From Octopus vulgaris (Eukaryota): a stretch of 64,000 nucleotides of DNA. The position numbers and the translations under genes were made by a program. Location: NCBI GenBank assembly GCA_951406725.2, contig OX597822.1, forward strand, positions 62,558,001 through 62,622,000, written 5' to 3'. Below, piece after piece: positions 1-10,828 of this stretch. The notes beneath the pieces were generated by a model. The model did no database searches, was not told the origin of the DNA, and saw only the letters and a program-made list of their open reading frames with translations. Every line of letters begins with the position of its first letter. Position 1 is the first letter of the stretch.

Positions 1-889
1 CCAACTTCTCTATCGAGGTTATAAATGCATATCTGTTCCAATAATAATTGCCACACTTGATTTTGTGAGGAAATGCCTAAATGTCAACCTAGGCAAGTTA
101 GGGTTTTCAAGAAAAAATACAACTACTTAATCAGTAAGTGAAACAGTAAAAATATGCAAGATTCTTCTCAAGTTTAAAATACGAATTTGTGTTTGTTATC
201 TAGATTCCAACGATGGAGCTTTGTCTTTGTAAGAAACCAGCTCCTTTCTCTCAGGAAGATTTCAAATAATACTAGAACATATATACATGTAGAGACACTG
301 ATAAACAGAAATACATAAATTCAGTCATTTATCATATATGAATAATCTCATGCGCACGTTTCAGTATATGAGAAAAGAATGATAAATAGTTTATTTGAAA
401 GAGAAAGGGATTGATTTTAAAAAGGACAGATAAATAGACTAGAACACATATACATCCATTTACGTGAGGATGCATTGAAATACGTATAATTATATATGAA
501 ATATTAAAGGTTCAGCATATATATGTTAAAAGTATATTGTTTATTTGTACACTGTTTACACGGAATTATGCTGTCTCATATTTTATCTCTTAGCAGAATT
601 TCTAATTGCTTCTGCCATCTCTTCCAGTAACAGGCATACTTCTCATACTCCCAACTACTTTTTTTCTACCTCTCTACCACATTCTATCTTGCCTCTCTTT
701 TCTGTATGAACCACTTCATCTTTCGTGTTCCGATAGTGCAGTAATCGGATGTAATAGTGTTGCGTACCGTGCAAAAAAACCATCACTCTGCGAGGAAAAA
801 AAAAATTAATCAATTAAAAAAAGCGAGAGAAAAATATGAAGGGGTAAAAAAGGAGCAAAACGTTGTTTCCCCTTTAAACCATTATATAA

Positions 890-1661
890 TATTCCTTTCT
901 ACAATAGGCACAAGGCCTGAAATCTTAGAGGAAGTGGATAGTTGATTACATCGACCCCAGTGACTCTACTGGTACTTATTTCAATGAACCCAAACGAATA
1001 AAGGAAAAAGCCGAATTTCGAATTTGAACTCGGAACGTTAAGACGTGCGAAATATCTATTTCTTTACTACCCATAAGGGGCTAAACATAGAGAGGACAAA
1101 CAAGGGCAGATAAACGGATTAAGTCGATTACATCGACCCCAGTGCGTAACTGGTACTTATTTAATCAACCCCGAAAGGATGAAAGCAAAGTCAACCTCAG
1201 TGGAATTTGAACTCAGAACGTAGCGGCAGACGAAATACCTATTTTTATCTCTTTACTACCTACAAGGAGCTAAACGCAGAGAGGACAAACAAGGGCAGAC
1301 AAACTGATTAAGTCGATTATGTCGACCCCAGTGCGTAACTGGTACTTATTTAATCAACCCCGAAAGGATGAAAGCAAAGTCAACCTCAGTGGAATTTGAA
1401 CTCAGAACGTAGCGGCAGACGAAATACGTATTTCTTTACTACCCACAAGGGGCTAAACACAAAGAAGACAAACAAGGACAGGCAAACGGATTAAGTAAAT
1501 TATATCGACCCCAGTGCGTAACTGGTAATTAATTTATCGACCCCGAAAGGATGAAAAGCAAAGTCGACCTCGGCGGAATTTGAACTCAGAACGTAACGGC
1601 AGACGACATATCGCAAAGCATTTCGCCCGGCGTGCTAACGATTCTGCCAGCTTGCCGCCTT
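890..1661 (-). mobile_element. SINE-A head-to-tail array (4 bodies, one tRNA-like head, three tail-A units)
   Basis: Minus strand starts GGCGGCAAGCTGGCAGAATCGTTAGC (A-box-like) with B-box GAGTTCAAATTCC; a ~185-bp body repeats, with junctions at ~1056, ~1239 and ~1428. Confidence 0.9.
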
Positions 1662-1954
1662 TGAACCGATACTATACTGCCATAAGCGAAAGTGTACATA
1701 TCTTCCGTTTAAGTGCCGTGACTATTTTAAGAGGTGGTGTATATGAAGATAAACGATAAATGTAGCAGAAATCGAAGTCCTAGTAGATGCTCCTTCCAGT
1801 GTTGAAAGGAGCAGACAATTTGATTTTAGAGCGAATGAAATATATACCGTTACTTTCTGGCAGTAAATTAACAAGTCCATTGTAGATATGTGGCCAATAT
1901 AGGTGTTCCATTAAATGTTAAATCAGCAGTGTGGAATTCTAATCCAGCGTCAGT

Positions 1955-2554
1955 AATATTGGTCTCAAAGTTTGGTACCAGGACAGCAATGTTGAGGGAG
2001 CGGGGCAAGTCTATTGCATCGATTCCAACGTCCAACTGCTACTTATTTAATTGGTCGCGAAAAGGATCAAAGGCTATAGCGACATTGGTGGAATCTCAAC
2101 TCCGAACCTAAAGACGGATGAAATGCCGATAAGTATTTTGACCGGCGGCTAACGATTCTTTTCTACTCTAGGCACAAGTCCCGAAAATTTTGAGAAGGGG
2201 GAAATTCTATTGCATCAACCCCAGTTTGCAACTGGTATTTAATTCATCGACCCCGAAAGGATGAAAGGCAAAGTCGACCTCGGCGATATTTGAACTCAGG
2301 AGGGAAAAACAGATGAAATACCTATTTCTTTACTACCCACAAGGGGCTAAACATAGAGGGGACAAACAAGGACAGACAAACGGATTAAGTCGATTACATC
2401 GACCCCAGTGCGCAACTGGTAATTAATTTATCGACCCCGAAATGATGTAAGGCAAAGTCGACCTCGGCGGAATTTGAACTCAGAACGTAGCAGCAGACGA
2501 AATACCGCAAAGCATTTTGCCCGGCGTGCTAACGTTTCTGCCAGCTCGTCGCTT
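1955..2554 (-). mobile_element. SINE-A cluster: older monomer plus a dimer joined at the tail-A junction
   Basis: Same body (ATCGACCCCGAAAGGATGAAAGGCAAAGTCGACCTCGGC on +); junction GAAATACC|TATTTCTTT at 2322/2323; head ends ~2552. Confidence 0.88.
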
Positions 2555-2667
2555 TTCGTGATATTAATATTAAACCATGAAAATTTTCGAGGCGTTACCA
2601 TAGCAGAAAATTGCATATTCAGATTATAATGAAGGGTCACGATATGAAAATGATTGAATGTTTCTTC

Positions 2668-2826
2668 AATATAGTGACTTGACTCCAATTTCAACACACA
2701 AAACATACAATTTTATTCAATTTAATATAGGGTCCTGACTCCAATTTCCATTTATAAGATGTACAATTTTTTATTCACTTTAATACAGTGACTTCATTTT
2801 CAATTCAATAAATTAAAATATACATT
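2668..2826. repeat. Degenerate tandem repeat, ~57-bp unit x3
   Basis: AATA(T/C)AG(T/G)G..(C/T)TGACTCCAATTTC...TACAATTTT recurs three times; the third copy is more diverged. Confidence 0.65.
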
Positions 2827-2869
2827 GTTTATTCTCTGCAAAACTATATAGGAAACAAAAATGTTATAA

Positions 2870-3081
2870 CAATGAAATTAGAAGCACGGACAGCCATTTC
2901 GAGGATGGCAATGAGTCGATTACATCGACTTCAGTACTCCACTGGTACTTATTTTATCGACCCTGAAAGAATGAAAGGCAAAGATGACTTCGGCGGAATT
3001 TGAACCCAGAATATAGAGACGGACGAAATGCCGGTAAGCATTTTGCCTGGTGCGGTAACGATTCTACCAGCTCGCCGCCTT
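2870..3081 (-). mobile_element. SINE-A monomer
   Basis: SINE-A body plus head ending CCAGCTCGCCGCCTT on +. Confidence 0.85.
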
Positions 3082-3099
3082 AATAATAATAATAATAAC

Positions 3100-3183
<84 letters not shown>
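3082..3183. repeat. (TAA)n/(TGA)n microsatellite
   Basis: Seen directly. Confidence 0.97.
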
Positions 3184-3184
<1 letters not shown>

Positions 3185-3590
3185 GCTAATAAACCGGATA
3201 TTATTATAAAAGATCAGACAAAAAAGGTGTGTTTATTAACTGACATAAGTATTCCTTGAGATCACCGTATAGCAACAAAAGAATTTGACAAGATCAGTAA
3301 ATATAAAGACTTGCTAATAGAAATTGAAAAAAATGTGGCATCTCAAGGCGACTACAGTACCAGTGATTGTAGGATCTCTAGGAATGATAAAAAAAAGGTA
3401 CTGAAACCTATTTGATACCAGGCTTACCATCCCTACATGAAGTGCAAAAAACGACTCATGCACTGAGAAGAGCTTTATCGCTGTGAAAACAACATCCATT
3501 CATGAATTTATTTATTTATTTATTTTAAATACATATTTTACCTGTGAATGAGCTTTTCTGCCCTAGGTGTACGGAAAACACAAAATTTGA
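3185..3590 (+). mobile_element. 5'-truncated R4/Dong-clade non-LTR retrotransposon: restriction-like endonuclease fragment and 3' end
   Basis: Translates ANKPDIIIKDQTKKVCLLTDISIP*DHRIATKEFDKISKYKDLLIEIEK, then after a frameshift MWHLKATTVPVIVGSLGMIKK (PD..D..KE..K..KY pattern); flanked by (TAA)n/(TGA)n upstream and (TAA)n downstream. Confidence 0.85.
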
Positions 3591-3825
3591 ATAATAATAA
3601 TAATAATAATAATAATTAATAAATCTCCGAATGAGATGTAAACAGTAACCGCTCGACAACGTAAAGTGTACTAGCCATCTGAATGTGGCTAGCCACTGGG
3701 GGCGGGTGTTACTGAAGCTTTTTGGCCCCAGGAGATCGTCGTCTCCAGCTGGCTTTAGACACAATTTCAGTGCCCTTCTGATATTTGCAAAGGGAGGTCA
3801 TCCCCTCTCGAAAACCTAAGTGATA

Positions 3826-3870
3826 CATACGGACTATAGTTTCGAGGTTTTTGCCTCTCGTCAACGTATG
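3826..3870 (-). ncRNA. Minimal type I hammerhead ribozyme fold (C3U variant)
   Basis: Minus: CATACG TTGACGA GAGG-CAAAAA-CCTC GAAA C-TATA-G TC CGTATG; 6-bp stem I, 4-bp stem II, palindromic stem III. Confidence 0.75.
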
Positions 3871-3874
3871 GTAA

Positions 3875-4405
3875 ACATTTTATTTGCTACCATGGCGAAG
3901 GATGGGGGGGACAATACAAAGATAAACATAAAGTATTGGGGGTTTACATTTAATGAAATGATAGAAAAAAGGTCAAGTATACACAGTATGAAATGGACAG
4001 GAAGAAACACATACATGGTATACAAAGGTTTCTAATAAAACGGATAGAAATGTAGCCCTCCTGATACAGGATGATCTCAAGGGATAATCGAGGATCTCCA
4101 CTGTCCGAGATTTTCCGGAACGCCAAGAGCAAGTACCCTCTCCAATTCCTTCTCTCCGACTCACAGGTCTACACTTAGAAAGGTACCATCTACTCTCGCC
4201 ATTTTCGCAACTTTCAACCACTTTTCAATAAACTGATTGAGGACAGCACTTCCCTCTCCATTCTCAATTTCCTTTTCAAGTGAAGTTAGGGGAAGTCAAT
4301 GGGAGCTCTACCAAAGAGGAATGTGTCTGTCCTCATACCTTTCAACCATGTCCACTAAACAACCTTTTTCGTCACAACCACCAGGCAAAGGAAAACTACC
4401 TTGGT
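3875..4405 (-). mobile_element. Tx1/L1-like LINE 3' fragment (ORF2 C-terminus and 3' UTR)
   Basis: Minus translation VFLCLVVVTKKVV*WTWLKG...LHLKRKLRMEREVL...FIEKWLKVAKMARVDG resembles the C-terminus of the 35519-36283 ORF (CFLAVVAIVKEAVWKTRVKG...YHLKRKVRGER). Confidence 0.7.
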
Positions 4406-4470
4406 GAGTGATTGAAAGAGGGCGGCGGGGCAATCATAACTACAGACTCGGTCGATAAACGGATCCGTCA

Positions 4471-4534
<64 letters not shown>

Positions 4535-4548
4535 TGATGATGATGATA

Positions 4549-5020
4549 TTGATGGAGTACCAGGCTGTAGCTCTCATGGTTTGTGATCTAAAGTGATTGG
4601 AAGTGTTATCATGTACATTGTTTTGTCATGGTATAAAAGATGAGCTACAGCAAATATTCTGCTCAATACCACAGATTTGCTTGAAAGCTGTTTGATCATA
4701 ACCAGTTAAGCATGTCCCTTAGTGGCTGACGATATGTGCATCTGTGATCACGAGCAGAAGTATTGGGGGAGTATGATAGCCATGTGTTGATAGGGATTCT
4801 TTGGGGTCTGAATAATTCACCTTAAACAACCCTTATTCAGGGATCTTTTGAGTGGGCTCCACCTGCAAGGTCATGTGCTGTTTATCTTGATATGAGATCA
4901 CTATGTCACGCACATATGGTTATGATGCATGTGCCTGGTATACTTTTACCGGACGGTTAGTCATGATGGGTATACTTGGCTTCGTATATTTTTACCTCAG
5001 TGTCTTTCTCACTCAATAAT
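4549..5020. repeat. Unclassified dispersed repeat between trinucleotide tracts; partial second copy at ~20695-20862
   Basis: AGCAAATATTCTGCTCAATAC.ACAGATTTGCTT...CCCTTAGTGGCTGAC.ATATGTGCATCT...GGGATTCTTTG is present at both loci. Confidence 0.7.
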
Positions 5021-5025
5021 ATCAA

Positions 5026-5077
<52 letters not shown>

Positions 5078-5093
5078 AATAATAATAATAATG

Positions 5094-5176
<83 letters not shown>
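5026..5176. repeat. (TTA)n abutting (TAA)n microsatellite
   Basis: Seen directly; explains the poly-L/I/N ORFs at 4929-5268. Confidence 0.95.
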
Positions 5177-5609
5177 TGTATTGTATTGTATTGGCATCCT
5201 TTCTGTCTCGGAAGACAATGGAGTTGCGCATGAAGTAGTCTAGTCCGGCTTTTATATTTCATGTCCAAAATAATAATAATAATAATAATACAACTACTCG
5301 TAAATATAATTCCAGAATGTTTAAATCAATAGTTTCTTATAAACGTTCGAAATATATCAATGAAACAATACTTGAATGTGTATTTGGAAGGACAATCTTT
5401 CTATTACGTAAAAATGTTGGTAACAATGATGCATTTGCCCAGAAAACAAGAGAGACTTCAAGTTAACCTTCATAAATGTTAAATATCTCAAAAATGCTTC
5501 TGTTGGGTTGTCAGATAAAATCGTTCGGTTTCTTTTTTAAAAACTTTAATCCTCATCTAACTACGTTTTGAACAAAAAGTCTCGCAGGCTTGTTGGAGAG
5601 GACCGACCT

Positions 5610-6200
5610 TTTCATCAACAATTTTAAGAAATCTATATTCTCTTTCAGTGTTCATGAATTCTTGCCAACGCTCCACCTGCCTTTCATTGCCAGAAATGAC
5701 GCGGTAAAGAATTTTATTTACGAGTAACCAGGAGTTGAATGAGTAAACTATAGGTGACAGAGGAGCGTTAGACTTTGCTTTTTGTACAGAGTGTGTGGCA
5801 CCCATGCACCAAGTATTTGGACCCTACCCATAGACTGAAGGTGACAGGAGATGGTATCTTGAGGGCATACCATCTGCCGGGCCAATTCCCTTGTGGATTG
5901 GTGTGGAACCTTGTTCAATTGTTTCTCATTGAACTAAACATGTCGGCCTCAACGCGGTAAGTCGCTGAGTTCGAATTTCTCCACTTCGAAGCGTGAAAAC
6001 CATTTCTTTCCGTAATAACAACTTCTTTTTATACAGCACCAATATTTTGAGCAATTTTGTCAGCTTTGGAAAACATGATTGAATGCGAGAAAAATAATCG
6101 AAAATCCTCATAATTCTACTTGGCACTCCATCAACATTTGTTCGAAAAGAGACAGTTTATTCAAATTTAAAAAGCGATTAAACAAACGCTGTAGGATAAG
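5610..6200 (-). mobile_element. Degenerate, internally deleted mariner transposase
   Basis: Minus: MECQVE start at 6131; TRELARQMVCPQDTISCHLQSMGRVQILGAWVPHTL (WVPHEL motif, + 5787-5813); C-terminal VERWQEFMNTEREY. Confidence 0.85.
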
Positions 6201-7659
6201 AATAGAATTACAAAAATCAAAGTAAACACTACGATAAGAATATATTTCGTGTTAATTGAAATAGCATTGGAAAGAAATGAACCAATTTATCAGAGAACTC
6301 AATATATTAAATAGAGCCTACAGAGTTCATAACAGCAATTGTTGCGATAAATACATACTGAAATATTCAATGAATATCGAAAGCTCTGGAGAATAAAAAC
6401 ATACAAGGGTCATTTTATTCATTTCATTTTCTTTCTTAAACTTACTGAATCTTGCCAATTTTCTGGTTGATTTTGAAGCAATTGCTTTGCTATTGTTGTT
6501 GCTTTGCTTACCGGATGTCGGAAATAGCCAAGTCTTTTTGTTTTGGCTTCGTTCATTTATTGCCAAAACTGAAGTCAACATTTTGACTGAAAAACATCAT
6601 TTGTTGCAAACGTCTCACTTTGTATACATTTTTTTTTTACTTTTGTTACATTATTTACACTATAATCTGTTTGAATTTAATGGTTGGTTGGAATGGGGGT
6701 AGGCAGCAGAAGTTTTAAAATTTAAATGGTAAGGTGAGTAGGAAGTTTATGCCTCAATCTGAACACGGATAGTTTTCTTTTCAAAAAAAAAATTTAAAGT
6801 TTTCGGAAAGGAAAATTGGAACTTTCAAATTGAGTGATGACGCCATAAAAAATACAAAACAAAAGTAACCAACGACACACAACAACTTTACATCAATTTC
6901 CTTAACTGATGCTGGAAAAAAAAGCTGATAAATCAAATGTTAGGAAGTAATCAGACAATATGTGATTGATTACTAATATATAACTTTGGTGATATAAGGA
7001 CAAGAGCGAATGGCACATAGACAGTGACGCAGTAACAGAGAAAGATGGAGAGATTAATGAGAGACAAGAGGGAACCATACATTGACATACATCACACAAG
7101 ACGCTAATGACAATCGGTTGGTTTGAACAACCGAGACTGCTACTCATCTCATGATGGCTAGAGATACGCACATTCATTCTTTCGAACTACCATCTACACA
7201 CAACCACATAAGCTGCCCAACTGGGTCATTTATAAGAACACATTCTCTACTTCTTGTTATTTTCCTTGGAGCCACGTTATTTAATGACCACATATAGAAT
7301 CGGGCGATAATCTCATTGTAAAAAGATGCAGACAGGGAGAAACGTTTCTTCCTTTTGCAGAATATATTTACTGGCAAATCTTCAAACAAACTTTTTTTTT
7401 TTGCTGTCATGGACTCACCTAAGTTTATTGCCTGACCTAAGTCTTCAAGGTAATGATGTAGCTATATGCTGCATTTGCCACTGTTAAGTTACAACCCACT
7501 TAAACTGCAATAGTTTCTACGTTCCCCCATTTTACACCCGCTACACTATCAATGATGAGCTAGGCTTGACTGTGAATAATGAGCGAGAAAGAACAATGTT
7601 TTATAATCTCAGTTGCAAGGGATCTGATACTCAGTGAGCTCGTTAACAATCTGGTTAAG

Positions 7660-7757
7660 TTTATACAGTTGAAGCAGACGATAGATACATTTTACAAGTA
7701 GAAGCAGACAATTTACAGATTTATACAGTTGAAGCAGACGATAGAAACATTTTACAT
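7660..7757. repeat. Direct duplication (~37 bp) with a partial internal copy
   Basis: TTTATACAGTTGAAGCAGACGATAGA.ACATTTTACA occurs twice. Confidence 0.8.
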
Positions 7758-8481
7758 TTATAGAAAGAGATTTGGACAAGACACTGCCTGTGATTTAAGA
7801 AATAAATTATATGTATATACATACATATATTCGTAAATATGTAGATACATATATGCGTGTGTATGTATAGATATATATGAGAAAATGGTTTCAGAAATTT
7901 TTCATGGATAAAAGCAAGAGAATATTTACATGCTTATCCAAATACGCTACTGATTCCAATCACTTTAAAGAAAATTAATCATACTGAAATAGAAAGATGT
8001 TAGATTGAAATAACTTTTATTAATCCTTCGCGATATCAGTCCTGGAAGTTGATGGTTTTCTTACCAAAATCTCATGGTGCTTGCGTTTCGTCTCCTGGTT
8101 TTTGCTGGATCGTGTTGGTAGCAACAGCAGCCGCTCCACGCACACAGACGTACATCCCCCCCCATATATATACACACACATGCTCACACTAACAGGTAGG
8201 CAGACAGACAGGCAAACAGACAGACAGACGTATATGTGGATGCTTGTCTGTTTCTATGTATATCATTTATGTATGGTAAATACAAACTTATTCATTCCAC
8301 GGAAAATGTAACGATAAGTAATTTATATTTGTTTCCGACATCCTGTGTGACAATGGAAAATGTAGACTCCATAAGGGAAAAGGGAAAACTTAAAAGGAAT
8401 TTTACCTAACATGGCAAACAATAAGATGCTAATCCAATTACCTCTACAACCAAGTATGTACGTATGTATGTATGTTTATGT

Positions 8482-9030
8482 CAGGTTACTTTCGAGTGCT
8501 ACTGGTAACATGTAACCCAGTACAACTTGTTGCATGGTCGGGTCGTCGGCGACTAAACCGGCAACACCACCAAGCTTGCTTGGTGAGGAGGGTGTTTATT
8601 GGACACCCTGCGGGATGAAAAACAAAACCCGTCAAAGGGCGGAGGAACTCTTGAGAGTCAACGGCCATCCAATAAATGTCTTAAGGCTGTACCATGCGCG
8701 GGGACATAGAAATAATCGGACTGAATACCCGATCGCGCGGTTAAACCATTGGGAGTGAAGGACTCCTAGCCTTTGTTAGGGCATCCTTCTAGGAGAAGGT
8801 AACTCAGGTAATTGGGATAACTCTGACATAAAACCTGCGGCTCAGTGGTTACTGATGATGTTGACTTGTTCTTCTTTTCGGATTATGGCTGCTGTTGCTT
8901 AGTGAGTGGGATTGACTCAGAGCACAGCCTTTCCTCACTTTAAAAAAATCTTCTTGCACAGGCATTGCACGATAACAACATTGATTAAGTTTCGTGCAAT
9001 GGCCATACTCGATAACGAGGGGTAGCCACC
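8482..9030 (+). mobile_element. Non-coding, GC-richer element, probably a non-autonomous RTE derivative, within (ATGT)n
   Basis: Contains GGGCATCCTTCTAGGAGAAGGTAACTC...AAAACC, resembling the RTE 5' UTR motif; several hairpins; (ATGT)n on both sides; no RT ORF. Confidence 0.55.
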
Positions 9031-9054
9031 ATGTATGTATATATGTATGTATGG

Positions 9055-9455
9055 CATTCTTCAGTTTATTTCAAGATTTCTTGCCAATAGAGAAAGAACT
9101 GGTTTCTAACCTAGATTCAAGGCTTCTTCATTGGAATTTCAACATCAACAACAGGGTATTTTTGTATGTATGTATGTATGTATGTATGTATTTATGTATG
9201 TATGTATGCATGCATGCATGTATGCATGTATGTATGTATGTATGTATGTATGTATGTATGTATGTATGTATGTATGTATGCATGCATGTATGCATGTATG
9301 TATGTATGTATGTATGTATGTATGCATGTATGTATGTGCAGATTTGTATGTATGTATGCATGTCATTATTCAGTTTATTTCAAGATTTCTTGCCAATAGC
9401 GAAAGAACCGGTTTCTAACCTAGATCCAGGGCCCCTTCATTGGAATTTCAACATG
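9055..9455 (-). repeat. Two ~90-bp copies of a retroelement 3' end separated by (ATGT)n
   Basis: TTCAGTTTATTTCAAGATTTCTTGCCAATAG.GAAAGAAC.GGTTTCTAACCTAGAT...TTCATTGGAATTTCAACAT at ~9060 and ~9369; (ATGT)n at 9164-9360. Confidence 0.8.
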
Positions 9456-9555
9456 TATGTATGTGTGATTATATAAAACACGTCAAAATCTTATGAGTGG
9501 ATTCGTCAGGCAGAAACTGAAAACCCGTAACGTATATTATTTTACTTTTTTTTGT

Positions 9556-9765
9556 TTTTACTTGTTTCAGTGATTTGACTGCGGCCATGCTGGAACACCG
9601 CCTTTAGTCGGACAAATCGACCCCAGGACTTACTCTTTTAAGCCTACGACTTATCCCATCGGTCTCCGTTGCCGAACCGCGAAGTTACGGGGATGCAAAC
9701 ACACCAACATTAGTTGTGAAGTGATGGTGGGAGGACAAATATATACACACATATATATATATATG

Positions 9766-9823
<58 letters not shown>

Positions 9824-9982
9824 AGACGGACTCCTTTCAGTTTCCGGCTAACAAATCTACTCATCAGGCTTTGGTTGTCCCGAGGCTATAGTAGAAGACA
9901 CTCGTCCAAGGTGCCACACAGTTGGACTGAACCCGAAACTATGTGGTTGGGACGCAAGCTTCTAAGCACCCAGCCACGCCTT
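9556..9982 (-). mobile_element. SINE-B (tRNA head, CORE-like segment, internal TA/GT microsatellite, CR1-like tail)
   Basis: Reverse complement of the 12827-13260 copy over its full length. Confidence 0.9.
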
Positions 9983-9983
9983 C

Positions 9984-10205
9984 GTGTGTGTGTGGGGGTC
10001 GTGTCTGTCTCTCCACCCCTTGACAACCGGTGTTCATTTGTTTACGTCCGCGTAACTTTGTGGATCGGTAATATAAACCGATAGTACCACACTTGAAAAT
10101 GTATTATATATATATACATTGGTCGATTTTTTCGATTAAAACCTTTAAAGCTACAGTGTGGCCGTAGTCTAATGACTGAAGAGAGTAAAAGATAAAAGGT
10201 AAAAG
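9984..10205 (+). mobile_element. SINE-B 3' half, diverged
   Basis: CTTGACAACCGGTGTT...TTTACGTCCGCGTAACTT...TGGCCGTAGTCTAATGACTGAA...TAAAAGATAAAAG. Confidence 0.7.
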
Positions 10206-10514
10206 GGGTCTGCATTTACATGTTCAGATACATGGTCGATATGACCGACGGAAGCGCCCCATACCTAGAGGAAGAAAAGATGTACCAACGACCTTTTTTA
10301 TTGTTGTTTTAGAAGGAAAGCGACGAAAGCGCCAGAACTCTGTAACTGGTTTCTTGTAAAAGAGACACTTGTACGTTTGTATATGCACGCGTAAATGTAT
10401 CTATTTTTGTATGCGTATATATGTGCATGTATGAATTTATTCATACATACATGTGTATACATGTATGCGTGAATTTATTCATGCATAAGTGTGTATACAT
10501 ACGTGTGTATGAAT

Positions 10515-10828
10515 TTATTTATTTATTTATTTATTTATGCGCCCTTTTCAAGCCTAGCCAGGCTCATGGGCCCGGTTTCTCGGTTTCTGTGGCGTATGTG
10601 TTCCGCAACTGGACGAGACGCTAGTCCATCGCAGCGTTAGTCAAGAAACAGGAAGAAAGTGAGAGAAAGTTGGGACGAAAGAGTACAACAAGGGTCGCCA
10701 CCACCCCCTGCCGGAGCCTTGTGAAGCTTTAGGTGTTTTCACTCAATAAACACACACTACGCTCGGTCTGGGAATCGAAACTGCGATCCTCCAACCGCGA
10801 GTCCGCTGCCCTAACCACTGGGCCATTC
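10515..10828 (-). mobile_element. tRNA-headed SINE (family C)
   Basis: Minus head TGGCCCAGTGGTTAGGGCAGCGG...GTTTCGATTCCC; tail CATGAGCCTGGCTAGGCTT...(TAAA)n, shared with the 22790 copy. Confidence 0.8.

Noticed and set aside
890-1661. Tandem units as a CRISPR array or hammerhead retrozyme
   Set aside because: Units are ~185-bp near-identical SINE bodies with no unique spacers, and I could not find a CUGANGA-stem-GAAA fold on either strand.
6512-6587. Possible minus-strand exon (TTTTTCAG acceptor, G|GTAAGC donor, one open frame)
   Set aside because: Peptide unrecognised and no compatible neighbouring exon found; such signals arise by chance. Needs RNA-seq.
8520-8620. Twister or HDV-like ribozyme in the RTE-like leader
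   Set aside because: GAGGAGGGT is suggestive, but the CCGGUNNCAAGCCCGG-type core and the HDV nested pseudoknot could not be identified.
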